The notes under the pieces were generated by a model, which was not told where the DNA came from, searched no databases, and saw only the letters and a list, made by a program, of their open reading frames with translations. Shown one piece after another: positions 45,425-55,692 of a stretch of DNA of 64,000 nt (the stretch's first letter is position 1; the number at the start of each line of letters is the position of its first letter). A program made the position numbers and the translations under genes. This DNA is from a virus (taxonomy: Duplodnaviria > Caudoviricetes): the IMG/VR virus record IMGVR_UViG_3300048606_000166, positions 1 to 64,000 of that record, one strand, 5' to 3'.

Positions 45425-46014
45425 CAGATCTGGTCCTTCGAGGGGCGCACGATGCGCCCGTTGATTTGGATTTGTGCCGCCTCGAGCGAGAGAATGCCGT
45501 CGGCTTTGAGATTGAGCAGCGAGGTTGCCGCGATCTCGATGCCGTGGCTCTCGAGATCCATAGTGATGTGGTCACCCGAGACGGTGTTCTCGACGACGAC
45601 CAGCTGGCCGACCTTGCCCTTGCGAGGGCGCTCGTCGACCGTGATGACGACCGTGCCGAGCTGCAACACCTGCACGTCGTGCGCGTCCTTGCCGGCATCC
45701 TTCGCCGTGCCCGGCATCTCGCTGCCCTCCTTCGGCCGCACCCCCCAGTTGCTGGCGGCGTAGGCCGGGCGCTCGACGTCGCCGCCAAGAAACCAGACGA
45801 TGCAGTCGGCCCCGAGCGCGGGAACGATGTGGCCGCCCCGCTGAGGGGCGCCGCCGCCCATGGTGATGGGCACCGCCCACGCGGAAGGATCGATGATGCC
45901 CGGCACCGCGAGCCGAACGCGGTGAAGCCCCATCGGGTCCGCGCGGTCGACGACGGTAGCCGGCCAGGCCGAGAAATAGCGAACGTCGTCAGCGTGCTCT
46001 TGGGGGGTCGGCAT
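45424..46014 (-). CDS. Baseplate assembly protein V / Gp5-type OB-fold spike
   Basis: ATVVDRADP...RVRL.VP...WA......P.LG..C.V.F.GGD...P. Confidence 0.85.
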   Translation of the reverse strand: MPTPQEHADDVRYFSAWPATVVDRADPMGLHRVRLAVPGIIDPSAWAVPITMGGGAPQRGGHIVPALGADCIVWFLGGDVERPAYAASNWGVRPKEGSEMPGTAKDAGKDAHDVQVLQLGTVVITVDERPRKGKVGQLVVVENTVSGDHITMDLESHGIEIAATSLLNLKADGILSLEAAQIQINGRIVRPSKDQI

Positions 46015-47492
46015 TAGGGAATCGTCCTCGAAACGCCTGCTTGGTTGTCCTCGACTCCGCTCGATGCGCGCGACATGCCCGCCCCGACATCCGCGACCCC
46101 GCCGGAACTGACGGCGATTTGTCGGCCCGCGGTGTCGCGGTAGACCGTCGACGAGCGCCCGCTTTCTCGGTCGACCGACTCGAGCGGGGTCACCGCCGCG
46201 GTGCCGCCGCTCGCTGCGCCGCCCTTCTGGGCGTTGGTCGCGGCCGCCGCTTTGACGCCCTTGCCCTGGCCCGGCAGCTCGTCGAAGGCGGTCCCCGTGG
46301 CGAGGTTACGCCCGTCGCGCCGGAGCTTGAGGACGCACTTGTAGCTCGAGCCGTCGAGGTCGTGATGGCAGCTGGTGATGTAGTAATTGCCCGAGACCGT
46401 CGGCCCGATGCGCTCGACCGAGACCACCGATTTGCCGACGAGGCGCGGATCGCCCCACACCGTCATCGTCAGCTTGACGGCGAGCAGCTGCGCCCGCTTG
46501 TACGCGCCGTCGGCATGGCGCTTGGCCGACTCGGCATTCGCTTCGGTACTCGGATGAATGGCGGCCGTCGCCGTCGTCTTCGCGAGCGGCTCACTGTGCG
46601 TGGTGCCGTCCTCGCGATTGACGATATCGATCACCGGCGCGAGGGCCGTGCGCTCGGTGTTTTTATTGTTGGCGGTGTAAGAGAAGTCCTGCTTGGTGAT
46701 GGCATCGCGCCCCATCGCCTTCACCTCGCCCGGCTTTGCCGCCGAGATGTCGTTCTCGATGTCCCAATCGATGATGTCGCCCGCGTCGGGGCCCGAGTAA
46801 TAGATGAAGGTTCGGATCGGTTTTTGCCGCAGTTGCCGCTCGTGAAAGTGAAAGCCGTCGAAGTCGATGTACCAATCGAAGCCCTCGCGCTTGGCCATGT
46901 CGCGTAGGAGCTGCGCGTCGGTCATGCGCGCCTGGCAGACGTGAGGCTGTACGACTTTGGTGTCTTGGATGAAGACGCGCTCGCCCTCGAAGCCGTACTC
47001 GAGCGCGACGCGCCGGGCGACGTCGCTTCGCCGCACGTTGTCCCAGGTCCGGATCCGGTGCTCTCTGTGAAAGAGGATTCCCTTGTCGTAGGCCTCGACC
47101 TTCAGCTGCTTGGCCCCGACGACCTTGTGAATGACGGCCTCGCGCGTCGGCGCCATGAGCCCCGGGTAGCCCCAGCTTGCCTCGATGATGTTGCCCTTGC
47201 GCCAGAGGGGCGAGTCGATGAGCGAGAGGTCGAAGTTGTCGACGACGAGCTCGATTTTGTCGACCTTCGATTCCTCGTCCTCGTACTTGAAAGAGGTAAT
47301 CCGGTCGGACTGGTCGACGCGCACGCCCTTGCCATCAGGCGCGCGCACTTTGACGGTATAGATCGGGCTATCGCGCCGCTGCCCGATAGGCACGCTCACA
47401 TGCGTCACCCTCGGATCGGGCGGCAGCACCGTGAGAAACTGCCCGGCAGGTCCGCCTTTCTTCTTCCTGCCGCCCCCCCGCCCGCGCGCCAC
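46014..47492 (-). CDS. Baseplate hub (late control D / gp27-like) protein
   Basis: S.D.I.L..DN...GN.I...WGY; Q...TD...L...A.REG; GDP.L.....V..IG...SGNYYI. Confidence 0.82.
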   Translation of the reverse strand: MARGRGGGRKKKGGPAGQFLTVLPPDPRVTHVSVPIGQRRDSPIYTVKVRAPDGKGVRVDQSDRITSFKYEDEESKVDKIELVVDNFDLSLIDSPLWRKGNIIEASWGYPGLMAPTREAVIHKVVGAKQLKVEAYDKGILFHREHRIRTWDNVRRSDVARRVALEYGFEGERVFIQDTKVVQPHVCQARMTDAQLLRDMAKREGFDWYIDFDGFHFHERQLRQKPIRTFIYYSGPDAGDIIDWDIENDISAAKPGEVKAMGRDAITKQDFSYTANNKNTERTALAPVIDIVNREDGTTHSEPLAKTTATAAIHPSTEANAESAKRHADGAYKRAQLLAVKLTMTVWGDPRLVGKSVVSVERIGPTVSGNYYITSCHHDLDGSSYKCVLKLRRDGRNLATGTAFDELPGQGKGVKAAAATNAQKGGAASGGTAAVTPLESVDRESGRSSTVYRDTAGRQIAVSSGGVADVGAGMSRASSGVEDNQAGVSRTIP

Positions 47493-47842
47493 TAGAGATG
47501 CTCCGCCCGCCGCGACTCGGAGAAGATGTCCTCAAGCACCGTGCGCACCGAGGGGATGTGCATGACCCGGCCGATCTCGAGCTTGATGGTCGGATCGAAC
47601 ACTGGATCAGGCTGGAATTCGGCGATGACCCACCAAAGCTCGGCCGGGTTGTCGATGCCATGCACGTCGAAATAGCGGCTTGCGAGCGCCCAGAGATTAT
47701 CGCCCTCGACGACCTTGTGGCGTTGGTTGTCGGGCAAATCCTCGTAGCCGAATGGCTCGGGGTCCGTGAGAAAAACCGTGCCGTCCTCGTCGGTCACGGC
47801 CGAGCAGAAGCGGTAACGCGAGAGCCGCCCGGGCGCCGCCAT
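47492..47842 (-). CDS. LysM-domain baseplate protein (gpX-like)
   Basis: H.VVEGDNLWALA..Y......WWVIAEF. Confidence 0.8.
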   Translation of the reverse strand: MAAPGRLSRYRFCSAVTDEDGTVFLTDPEPFGYEDLPDNQRHKVVEGDNLWALASRYFDVHGIDNPAELWWVIAEFQPDPVFDPTIKLEIGRVMHIPSVRTVLEDIFSESRRAEHL

Positions 47843-47843
47843 G

Positions 47844-48413
47844 TCAGCCGCTCCCCTGCACGACGTCGTCGAATTCGAGGCCGAACTGCAGCATGTCCTC
47901 GAAGGTGATGCGCCGGCCCCAGTCGATCTCGAACGAGAGCTTCGCCGAAAAGAGCGTCGGGGCGCCCTCCTTCGAGAAGCGCTTGTGCCCGAAACTCGTG
48001 CCTGTCAGCTTGCCGACGATCGAATACATCCGCGGCCAGAAGATGAGAATTCGGGAGGGCGCGCCGGAAAGAACGTCCTGCGCCCCCCGCACCGGGTAGT
48101 TGCACGCGATGAGAAATCGCCGCGCGAGCTCCGGACGGACCTTGCCGTCTGGCGCAAGGTCGGTGATGGGCCCCGAGCTCGCGATGTCGCGAAGACTCTT
48201 TTGGTCGAAGCCGAGGTCGAAGGAAATCTTGGGGTTCGCGGTGTGGCTGAACTGCATCGGCTCGTACGACTGGCCGAGGATGGCGAGCTTGCCATAGACG
48301 GCGGCGAACTCCTCGCTCACCTCGTTCGGGTTGAACTGCGCCGAGATCATCGACCCGCTCTTCAAGTGCGTCAGCGTGATGCGCTCTGGTTTCAGGTCGG
48401 GATCAGCCGGCAT
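47844..48413 (-). CDS. Tube-initiator protein (CIS tube / Afp7-like N-terminal domain)
   Basis: AQFNPNE.......P.QF.......SF.L.FD...P......W...F...G.P. Confidence 0.7.
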   Translation of the reverse strand: MPADPDLKPERITLTHLKSGSMISAQFNPNEVSEEFAAVYGKLAILGQSYEPMQFSHTANPKISFDLGFDQKSLRDIASSGPITDLAPDGKVRPELARRFLIACNYPVRGAQDVLSGAPSRILIFWPRMYSIVGKLTGTSFGHKRFSKEGAPTLFSAKLSFEIDWGRRITFEDMLQFGLEFDDVVQGSG

Positions 48414-48418
48414 CGGGC

Positions 48419-51100
48419 TTACCCCTCGCTGCTCATGCTGACCGGCAGCGAGCTGCGGTCGGCGTTCGAGCGCCCCATGCTGGCGTTTAGCTCCCCGATC
48501 GCGCGGCCATCGACGACGAGCGTCGCTCGCACGATCTGAGGGGCGGAGGACGATACCGGCCCGCCGCCAGACATGATCGGCTCCGGCGCGCCCGCAGCAG
48601 CGGCGACGGCCGGCGCGGTCGCGGGCGTCGGCCCCGCGGGGCTAAAGTTCGGCTGCGGTCCGAGGTCGTTGAAGTTCGGCGAAAAGGCATCGGCCGCTAC
48701 GCGATCCGCCTCCGTCACACCGAAGGTCGATCGAAGCGCGTTCTCGGTTACCGGCCGATGAGCGGTCAGATCGCTCAAGAGCTTCGAGGCGCCGATGTCG
48801 ACATTGAAGATCCGCATGATGGTGTCGGCGAGACCGACGACCAGCTTCATGACGCTCTCCATGGCCTTGTAGATGGTGAAAATGACGCCGAAGACGATTT
48901 CCTTCATACCGAACCAAGCGCGCGTCCAGTTGTCGAACAAGGCCCCGCCGACGAGGTTACCGATGCCGCTCAAGATGGTCATGACGCCCACCAGCACATC
49001 CCAAAGGCTGTAAGCGACGCCGATGACCGCATTCAGGGCGGCGAGCCCGGTGCCGCTCAAGATCTCGCCGAACGTCGTCCAGCCGCTCTTCGCACTCTCG
49101 ACCTCGATGGTCTGCGAGTGAAGCGATTCCTTCAGGTCTTTGAACTGGGTATTGAGCCCCTTCAAGAGCTCGGTGTCGCCCGTCATGCCCTCCCAAAATT
49201 TGTTCCATCCTTTGATGAGGCCGGTGAAAATGTCGGTGAGCGCGGTGATTGTCTTCGTGATGATCTCGATGGCGTCGACGATGAGTGCGCCGGCCGTCTT
49301 GCCGGCATTGCCCCACTTGTCGAAGGAGTTCTTGGCCGCCGCGTGATCGATCGCCCCCTCGGTCAGGCCAAGGGCCTCTGCCAGCCTGAAGAATGCGTTC
49401 TTCAGGCTCTCGAAGGCGGGCGCAACGCTGCCGATGTTTTCCTTGATGCCGCTGACGACACCCTCGAAAAAATTCTGGATGCGCGCGACCACGAGAAAGA
49501 GGTTGATCGCAAACTTTTTGATCCCCGAGTTGCCCGCTTCGTTGAGCTCGTCGCGCACGGCGCCCGAGAAGCCGCCGTCGGTAAATAGCTGGACGATGGC
49601 GCGAAAGCCGAGCCGAACCTTCGTGAAAACGTTGTGCAGCATGTCGGCAATGCCGCCGACGTTCTGCGTGTAGGCTTGGCGCAAAGCGTAGAAAATCCCG
49701 ATCAAGACGCCGATCGTCGCGATGACCGGCAGCATCACGAGCAGGACTTTACCGAACGAAATGGCAATGCCGCCGAGGCTGATGCCGAGTAGCATCATGG
49801 CGGACTTGACCATGAGAACGGTGCCGACGAGCGACAAGAACGCGCCCGCCCCGAGCACGATCTGACCGACGAAGGCCTTGACCGGCTTTGGCACGGCCTG
49901 AAGCGCGCGGTTCAGCGAATTGATCCCGCTGACCGCCAGGGAAACGATGGGCTTGAAGACAGCCGCGAACGCCTCGCCGCCGAGAATTTGAGCGGTTTCC
50001 TTGGCGCCCTTCAAGAGAATGAGCTGGCCCTGGTAGGTGTCGAGAAGAGCGTGCCGGAATTCCTCGGCCGAGCCCGCCGCGCCGCTCATTTCCTTGCGCA
50101 TCGCCGCGATCGCGTCGCGGCCCTTCAGCGTCACGTCGATGCCGTTCTTGCTCTGGGTGAAGGAAGCTTTCTGGATCGATGCGAAGGCGAGAAGCCCTCG
50201 AGCACCGAAGGCGTCGACGACGAGGGCATTGCGCTTTTGCTCGGTCCAGTCCTTCGTCTTGTCGATGAGGTCGCCGGTGATGTCGAGCACCGGGCGCATC
50301 TTGCCCGTGAGGTCGTCGAAGATTTTGACGTCTGCGGCGAGCACGGCCTTCTGCGCGCCCGCGTCCGAGCCGAGCCGCCGCATCGATTCGCGTAGCGCCG
50401 TCGCCGAGGAGGACGCGTCGATGTTGCGGTTTCGGAGCAGGCCCATCGTGATGAGGGTGTCGTCGAGAGTCTGATTGAAGACGCCGGCCGAGGCGGCCGC
50501 GGTCGAGAGCCCCGCCTCGAAGTCGCCGAAAGAAAAGTTCGTGAGGTTCGTCGTCTTCACGAGCTTGTCGACCAGGACCGTTGAATCGCTCGCCGCCATG
50601 CCGAACGAGTTGAGCGTGCCGACGACCGCGCCCGCGGCGCCCTCGACGGAAAGCTTGCCGAACGACGCGCCGGCGAGGTCGAGCACCGGCACCAGGGTGG
50701 AGACGGCTTCCTTCGCCGTCTGGCCCGCGGTGGTGAGCGTGTTCAAGCCCTCGACCGCGGCCGTCGGGGAAAACTCCGTCTTCATGCCAGCTTCGAGCGC
50801 CGCATTGCGGAGCATCTCGAGCTCGGCGGTGGTCGCCTTGGTGACGGCGCCGACCGCCGCCAAATTGAACTCGAAGGCCGTGAACTTCTCCGCTGCCTTC
50901 ATGCCGATGGCGAGCGTCGCCGCCCCGGCGCCGAGCGACAAGAGGCCGATCTTGGCCGCCGACAAGCCGCTCGACGCAGCGGCCCCGGCGAGCCCCCCCG
51001 CCTTCTCGAGCTGCTTGAAGTGCCCGGTCATCTTGCCGATTGTGTCCGTCGCCATGTCCTTGGCGGTAAACACGAGCCCGAGCCCCAGTGAATTGAGCAC
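48419..51100 (-). CDS. Tail tape measure protein (TP901 family)
   Basis: [15 protein letters not shown]...LR..AL..G..T.FS...A.EG...L..AG. Confidence 0.92.
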   Translation of the reverse strand: MLNSLGLGLVFTAKDMATDTIGKMTGHFKQLEKAGGLAGAAASSGLSAAKIGLLSLGAGAATLAIGMKAAEKFTAFEFNLAAVGAVTKATTAELEMLRNAALEAGMKTEFSPTAAVEGLNTLTTAGQTAKEAVSTLVPVLDLAGASFGKLSVEGAAGAVVGTLNSFGMAASDSTVLVDKLVKTTNLTNFSFGDFEAGLSTAAASAGVFNQTLDDTLITMGLLRNRNIDASSSATALRESMRRLGSDAGAQKAVLAADVKIFDDLTGKMRPVLDITGDLIDKTKDWTEQKRNALVVDAFGARGLLAFASIQKASFTQSKNGIDVTLKGRDAIAAMRKEMSGAAGSAEEFRHALLDTYQGQLILLKGAKETAQILGGEAFAAVFKPIVSLAVSGINSLNRALQAVPKPVKAFVGQIVLGAGAFLSLVGTVLMVKSAMMLLGISLGGIAISFGKVLLVMLPVIATIGVLIGIFYALRQAYTQNVGGIADMLHNVFTKVRLGFRAIVQLFTDGGFSGAVRDELNEAGNSGIKKFAINLFLVVARIQNFFEGVVSGIKENIGSVAPAFESLKNAFFRLAEALGLTEGAIDHAAAKNSFDKWGNAGKTAGALIVDAIEIITKTITALTDIFTGLIKGWNKFWEGMTGDTELLKGLNTQFKDLKESLHSQTIEVESAKSGWTTFGEILSGTGLAALNAVIGVAYSLWDVLVGVMTILSGIGNLVGGALFDNWTRAWFGMKEIVFGVIFTIYKAMESVMKLVVGLADTIMRIFNVDIGASKLLSDLTAHRPVTENALRSTFGVTEADRVAADAFSPNFNDLGPQPNFSPAGPTPATAPAVAAAAGAPEPIMSGGGPVSSSAPQIVRATLVVDGRAIGELNASMGRSNADRSSLPVSMSSEG

Positions 51101-51119
51101 TTCCCCCCTCCCCGCCGGC

Positions 51120-51506
51120 TTAGGTTTTCGCGCCCTTCGCCCTTTGGATGGCCTCGGCCATCTGCCTGTTCGCGAGCTCCGCCCGCTTGATAAACCACTC
51201 TATCTCGTCGCAAGGCATCGCCAAAACTTCGCTCCTCGAGAAGCCGTATCCGCTGCCGCCGTACGTCTGAAACGTGAGGGTGTGCATCCACTCGAGCAGC
51301 GTCTGGCGATGCGCCCAGGGGAAGAGCTGGCGCAGGAAGGCCGCGTGAACGCTTACGCGTCCGCCTCCCCCTCCCCCTGCGAGGCGGAGCTCGTCGTCGT
51401 CTTCGCGTTCGTCTTCCGCTCCTCCGGGACCGTCCCCTCCATCTCCATCTGCTTCTCGGATCGGTCGGAGCGTTTTCGAGGATCCAAGAAGCTCCTGCCC
51501 AAAGGG
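51120..51506 (-). CDS. Tail assembly chaperone extension (probable -1 frameshift product)
   Basis: 129-codon open -1 frame from slippery C CCT TTG to TAA; ...GFSRSEVLAMPCDEIEWFIKR resembles gpT/gpE'-like tails. Confidence 0.55.
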   Translation of the reverse strand, partial: PFGQELLGSSKTLRPIREADGDGGDGPGGAEDEREDDDELRLAGGGGGGRVSVHAAFLRQLFPWAHRQTLLEWMHTLTFQTYGGSGYGFSRSEVLAMPCDEIEWFIKRAELANRQMAEAIQRAKGAKT

Positions 51507-52258
51507 AGGTCAATCTCCTGCAGGTGTTTGCAGTGTGGGCATCGAGCGTCGATCATCGTGTCGTAGCCGCCCGACTGCGCGTCGAACTGGTCGATGAGGC
51601 TGTAGAGATCATCGAGCTCGAGGTCGCGCGCCCACTTCCATGCGCGAATCGGGTCGAGCTGGGTGAGGCCCTCGACGCTAACGATCATCATCGCGAGCTG
51701 ATCGATGATGTTCGTCGTGTCGTTCGCGCGCTCCTTACGCCTGACGAGCTGCTTACGGATCTTGGCATGGGCAATGTCGTCGCCCATGGTCGTGAGGCGG
51801 AACTTGACCGCGCGCCCATCGACAAGCTTGGCCGAGAGTGCCGCACCGCTCTTCAGCGCTTCCAGCGTCGTCTCCGGTATGGGGTTGGCTTTGTCGAGGA
51901 TGACTTTCTGCATATCGATGTCGCAGTCGTAGCGCTTCTTGCAGGCCGGGCACTGCGTCGTAAACGTGTAGAGGTGCCCGTCCCGAAAGGACCCCACCCG
52001 CACCTGAAAGAGCGCGCCGATGACGTCGGCCTTGACCATCCGAAGCCAGTCGGGCGTCGTCGTGTCCGACGCCGTCATGAAGCTGTACGGGCCCGGGTCG
52101 GTGGTCTCGAGCCATACGCCGCTGAGCAGCGGCGCGATGGTCGTGCCGCCGTCGCTGATGGTGGAATCTTCTTCGATGCGATCCGCCATCGTCTGAAGTT
52201 CCGAGCCGCGGAGCTTACGGGCCTGTCCGGAAAAGCCGCTTGGGCAAACGATACGCAT
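51353..52258 (-). CDS. Tail assembly chaperone (T4 gp26-like)
   Basis: CPACKKR and CPHCKH Zn motifs, KFRL.T.GD; between tube and tape measure. Confidence 0.75.
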   Translation of the reverse strand: MRIVCPSGFSGQARKLRGSELQTMADRIEEDSTISDGGTTIAPLLSGVWLETTDPGPYSFMTASDTTTPDWLRMVKADVIGALFQVRVGSFRDGHLYTFTTQCPACKKRYDCDIDMQKVILDKANPIPETTLEALKSGAALSAKLVDGRAVKFRLTTMGDDIAHAKIRKQLVRRKERANDTTNIIDQLAMMIVSVEGLTQLDPIRAWKWARDLELDDLYSLIDQFDAQSGGYDTMIDARCPHCKHLQEIDLPLGRSFLDPRKRSDRSEKQMEMEGTVPEERKTNAKTTTSSASQGEGEADA

Positions 52259-52324
52259 GGGGTGTGTCCTCCGTGCCCGAAGGTACCCCAGCCGCCCGAA
52301 AGGACGCCAACCGCGGGGGGTCGG

Positions 52325-52801
52325 CTACTTCTTGTCGATCCGCTCGAACCGCTTGTAAGTGAGCGTCATCTCTTCGATGACGTTCTCTTCTGCCCCGGCG
52401 TCGAACTCGCCCGCGAAGTACTTCGAGGGCCACGCCTCGAAGAGGTTATAGCGGCGCTTTTCCTTGCCGTTACGGTCGAGCACGAGGACCGCGACGTTGC
52501 GCTTGTACTCGGCATCGGGCTGCCCCGAGTCGGCCGTCGTGTCGATCACCTGCTGGCGCCAGTTGTAGAGCTCGATGTTGTCCGTCGCGCCGACCGAAAG
52601 CGTGACCGGCGTGAACTTCACCCGGCCCGGCGACTGGTCGGCGACGTTGTGGTTGCCCCCTTCGTACTGCTCGATGACGGTCGACTCGTTCTCGAGCGCT
52701 GAGATCTTGAAAAACCACGAGACCTGAAGCCCTGCGATCTCGATCGCGAACAGGAACTTCTTGTCGTACCGTCGCGGGTGCCCCTGGACTGTGGTGGTCA
52801 T
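52325..52801 (-). CDS. Tail tube protein (T4 gp19-like)
   Basis: F..EI.G....F..ISAL.....V..YEGG......PGR.KF..VTL..G...YNL.EAWPSKY. Confidence 0.9.
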   Translation of the reverse strand: MTTTVQGHPRRYDKKFLFAIEIAGLQVSWFFKISALENESTVIEQYEGGNHNVADQSPGRVKFTPVTLSVGATDNIELYNWRQQVIDTTADSGQPDAEYKRNVAVLVLDRNGKEKRRYNLFEAWPSKYFAGEFDAGAEENVIEEMTLTYKRFERIDKK

Positions 52802-52818
52802 CGCTCCCCTGCTCCTTC

Positions 52819-55062
52819 TTAGGCCGCCAACGCCGCGAGCTCTGCTTCGAGCGCTTCGTTGTCCGGTCCGATGAGGATGTTGATGAACTCGGCTGGCACC
52901 GAAGTCGCGAGACCGACGCGCGCCTTGACCGTGCGCTGCGCCTTGACGGAGGCCGGGTTGAGGCCCTCGCCGAAGTCGACCGAGAACGCTTCAGAGGGCA
53001 CCTTCGAGGCGAGCGCGTCGTTCTTGCAGAGCTCCAAGAGAAAGAGCTGCACGGCCATCTTCCCCTCCTCGTAGAGGCGGTTTTTGATGTTGCGGTGCCG
53101 CATGAACGCGAGCCCGGGCCGAAGTCGCTTCTCGACGAACATGACGCCGCGCCGCTGGCCGATGGAGGGCCAGTTGCCCTGGATGTTGAGGTTGCGCGCG
53201 CCGTCGAGGAAGATGGGCAGGCCGTTCTCTTTCGAGATGGGATTGATGTTGTGCGGAAAGATGCGCTCGCGCACCGGCTTCTTCTTGACCTCGTCGGTCT
53301 CGAGCCCGGTCACGTTCTTTGGCAGCACCGAGTCGTCGACGCCGGCCGGCTGCTCGAAGGCGCCGCCCACCTTGCGCCCGTCGTTGCGCGCGTAGATGCC
53401 CGCGATCATCCCCGACGGCGGGATGGTGATGTTCTTGTCGTTGCCGTAAATGGCCGTCTGAGGGTTGGCGACCTTGATGCGCGGCCAGTAGATGGCGGCG
53501 TTCTCGGTGAGGCCGAAGAGGCCCGCGGTGTCGGTCGTGTACGTGTCCATCTGCTCGCCCGAGTAGCCCGCCGGCGGATCGAGGACGGCGAAGATGAGCC
53601 CCTCGCGCGTGATGTCGCAATAGGTGATCATCCCGTTGTGCACGGCCGAGGTGGCGCGCCCGGGCACACAAAGGACATCGATGTCGTCGCTCTGGTCGAA
53701 GAGGCGAAGCCCGGTCGAGCCGTTCGACCCTGCGCCCCCCGTAAAGTCCGCGTCGGCCAGGCTCGTGAGCCCGTCGCTTCCCCCTGTCATGGGGCCGAAC
53801 GTGCCGACGGCCGGCACATTGCCCGGCGGGTCGACCGTGCTTTCGAGGTCGGTCACCGTGATGAGGTTCGAGCCGGTCAGGGGGTCGTTGATGACGGTCT
53901 CGACGTAGCGCTTGGAAGTCGGGTCGAAGTTCACGCTCGGCCAGCGCTCGGTGGCGACGCCGTTTTTCAGCACGTTCAGATTGAAGTCGGTCGCCGCGCT
54001 CGATGCGGCCGCTGCGATCTGGATGGTGAGCGCGCCCGTGTAGCTGCCGTCGGTCTTGCCGTCGATCGTGAGCGTGCTTTGGGCGCCCGCGGCCGCGCCC
54101 GCGTGCGAGGCGTTGTCGAGCCCGAACTCGTCGTCGGCGGTCGAGGACGCGTTCACCTGCACGGCGCCGCCAGCTCCTGCCGTCGTGGTCGCGATCCTGA
54201 GCCGGCCGCTCGAACTCGTGACCAACGTGCCGACGACCGCCGCCTCGATGATGGCCTTCGCTTCGGCGAAGGTCACGGCGGCGATCCTGGCGACGTTGCC
54301 CGTCCCGTTGACCACGGCCGTCGCGAAGCCGAGCGCGCCGTTGGCCGTGCCGCCCGTCACCTCGACGTGCGATGCGGTGCCGACGGTCTCGCTCGTGATG
54401 CGCGGCGCGTTCGCGTTCACGTCGACGAGCGCCCCCGCGAGGCCGGCGGAGATGACCGCCGCCACCTCGGCCGCGGTCGCTGCACCGATGGCGACGAAAT
54501 TGCCCGTCGCGAAGGTGATGGTCTGCACCGCGCCGCCGTCGATCTTGACCGTAAGCGTCTGCCCGTTCGAAAGCGCGTAGGGGCCCGTGGTCGCTGCCGT
54601 CCTCACGGCGGCCGCCGCGTTGAAGGTCGCCGACGCTGGCGCCCCCCCGTTGACCACAACGTCGAGATCGTCGCCCGGCATAAGCGCCCATGGGCCGCTC
54701 GTCGTGCCCGTCACTTGTCCGCTCGTCGCCCCCGCCGCGGCGGTAAGCAAGGTGAGCGTGCCCGCCGCGCTCGTTTTGGTCGTAGGATCGGACACGTCCG
54801 TGAAATGCACAGTGCGACCGACGAGCAGGCGCGCGCCGCCATTGTCGAAAAAAGACTTCGCGTTCGTGGCGACGTCGCTGTTCAGCGTGTAGCCGCCGAA
54901 GACGGCGCCGTACTCCGTGAAGTCGACGACCATCTGCGCGGTGGTGAGGGGGCCGCGCTCGGTCACGCCGAGCATCGCGAGCGTGAGAATCGCACCAGCT
55001 GGGATGCGGCGAACGACTCGCTGCTCCTGCTGCGTCGTGACTTCGGACGTCAAACCGGGCAT
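52819..55062 (-). CDS. Contractile tail sheath protein
   Basis: FF.NGG..L.V.R N-terminus; YWPRIKV, PPSGMIAG.YAR.D, INPI, RR...F.EK; inserted Ig-like domains. Confidence 0.93.
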   Translation of the reverse strand: MPGLTSEVTTQQEQRVVRRIPAGAILTLAMLGVTERGPLTTAQMVVDFTEYGAVFGGYTLNSDVATNAKSFFDNGGARLLVGRTVHFTDVSDPTTKTSAAGTLTLLTAAAGATSGQVTGTTSGPWALMPGDDLDVVVNGGAPASATFNAAAAVRTAATTGPYALSNGQTLTVKIDGGAVQTITFATGNFVAIGAATAAEVAAVISAGLAGALVDVNANAPRITSETVGTASHVEVTGGTANGALGFATAVVNGTGNVARIAAVTFAEAKAIIEAAVVGTLVTSSSGRLRIATTTAGAGGAVQVNASSTADDEFGLDNASHAGAAAGAQSTLTIDGKTDGSYTGALTIQIAAAASSAATDFNLNVLKNGVATERWPSVNFDPTSKRYVETVINDPLTGSNLITVTDLESTVDPPGNVPAVGTFGPMTGGSDGLTSLADADFTGGAGSNGSTGLRLFDQSDDIDVLCVPGRATSAVHNGMITYCDITREGLIFAVLDPPAGYSGEQMDTYTTDTAGLFGLTENAAIYWPRIKVANPQTAIYGNDKNITIPPSGMIAGIYARNDGRKVGGAFEQPAGVDDSVLPKNVTGLETDEVKKKPVRERIFPHNINPISKENGLPIFLDGARNLNIQGNWPSIGQRRGVMFVEKRLRPGLAFMRHRNIKNRLYEEGKMAVQLFLLELCKNDALASKVPSEAFSVDFGEGLNPASVKAQRTVKARVGLATSVPAEFINILIGPDNEALEAELAALAA

Positions 55063-55077
55063 GGGCGCTCCTTTTGG

Positions 55078-55614
55078 CTACGCGGACTTCGATCGTTTCG
55101 CAGGAGCCGCGCTTTCGGCTTGGCTTCGAAGCGCATCCTCCGACGCCGCGCGGGCAGCGCCGGGATCCGTCGCCTGCGAAGGCGCTTCCTCGCCGCCGAT
55201 GCCAGCCTTGCGCCGGCGCTTTTCTTCGAGAAACGCCGCCGTTTGCTTGGCCGTCTCGGCGTCCTTCTTTTCCGCTTCTTGGCGCTTGGCGGCCTGCTTG
55301 GCCGTTTGATCGGCGTCGAGCCTCGTGATCTCGATGCTCGCGCGGTTGGCGACGACGTCAGGGCTCATCTCGACCGACGCGGGCAAGCCCTCGAGCCGCC
55401 CGAGCGCGAGCAGGGTGAAACTCTTCGGAATGCGCTTTTTGCCGCCCTTCACGTGCCGCGTGCCCTCGACCCCGTCGTAGCGGATCGAGCCGTGCAGCTC
55501 GCGGCTGCAATGGCACTCCTCGTCGCTACAACAAAGGTCGTGCGGAAGGCTTATCGTGAGCGCCGCCCGCGAGCGGCTCGTGATTGTAACCGAACCTTTG
55601 GTCGTGTCCGCCAT
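55078..55614 (-). CDS. Hypothetical protein with Cys/His cluster
   Basis: HDLCCSDEECHC; charged C-terminus; own promoter upstream. Confidence 0.65.
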   Translation of the reverse strand: MADTTKGSVTITSRSRAALTISLPHDLCCSDEECHCSRELHGSIRYDGVEGTRHVKGGKKRIPKSFTLLALGRLEGLPASVEMSPDVVANRASIEITRLDADQTAKQAAKRQEAEKKDAETAKQTAAFLEEKRRRKAGIGGEEAPSQATDPGAARAASEDALRSQAESAAPAKRSKSA

Positions 55615-55644
55615 CAGCCGCCCCCCGATTGCCCCACGGCACGA

Positions 55645-55679
55645 CCCTATCAAAGGTGGCACACCGGTCAAGGTGTGCC
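55645..55679 (-). promoter_or_regulatory. Late-type promoter with inverted repeat around -35
   Basis: TTGACC-16-TAGGGT; GGCACACC/GGTGTGCC flank the -35 hexamer. Confidence 0.6.
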
Positions 55680-55692
55680 GCTCGCTCGCGGC

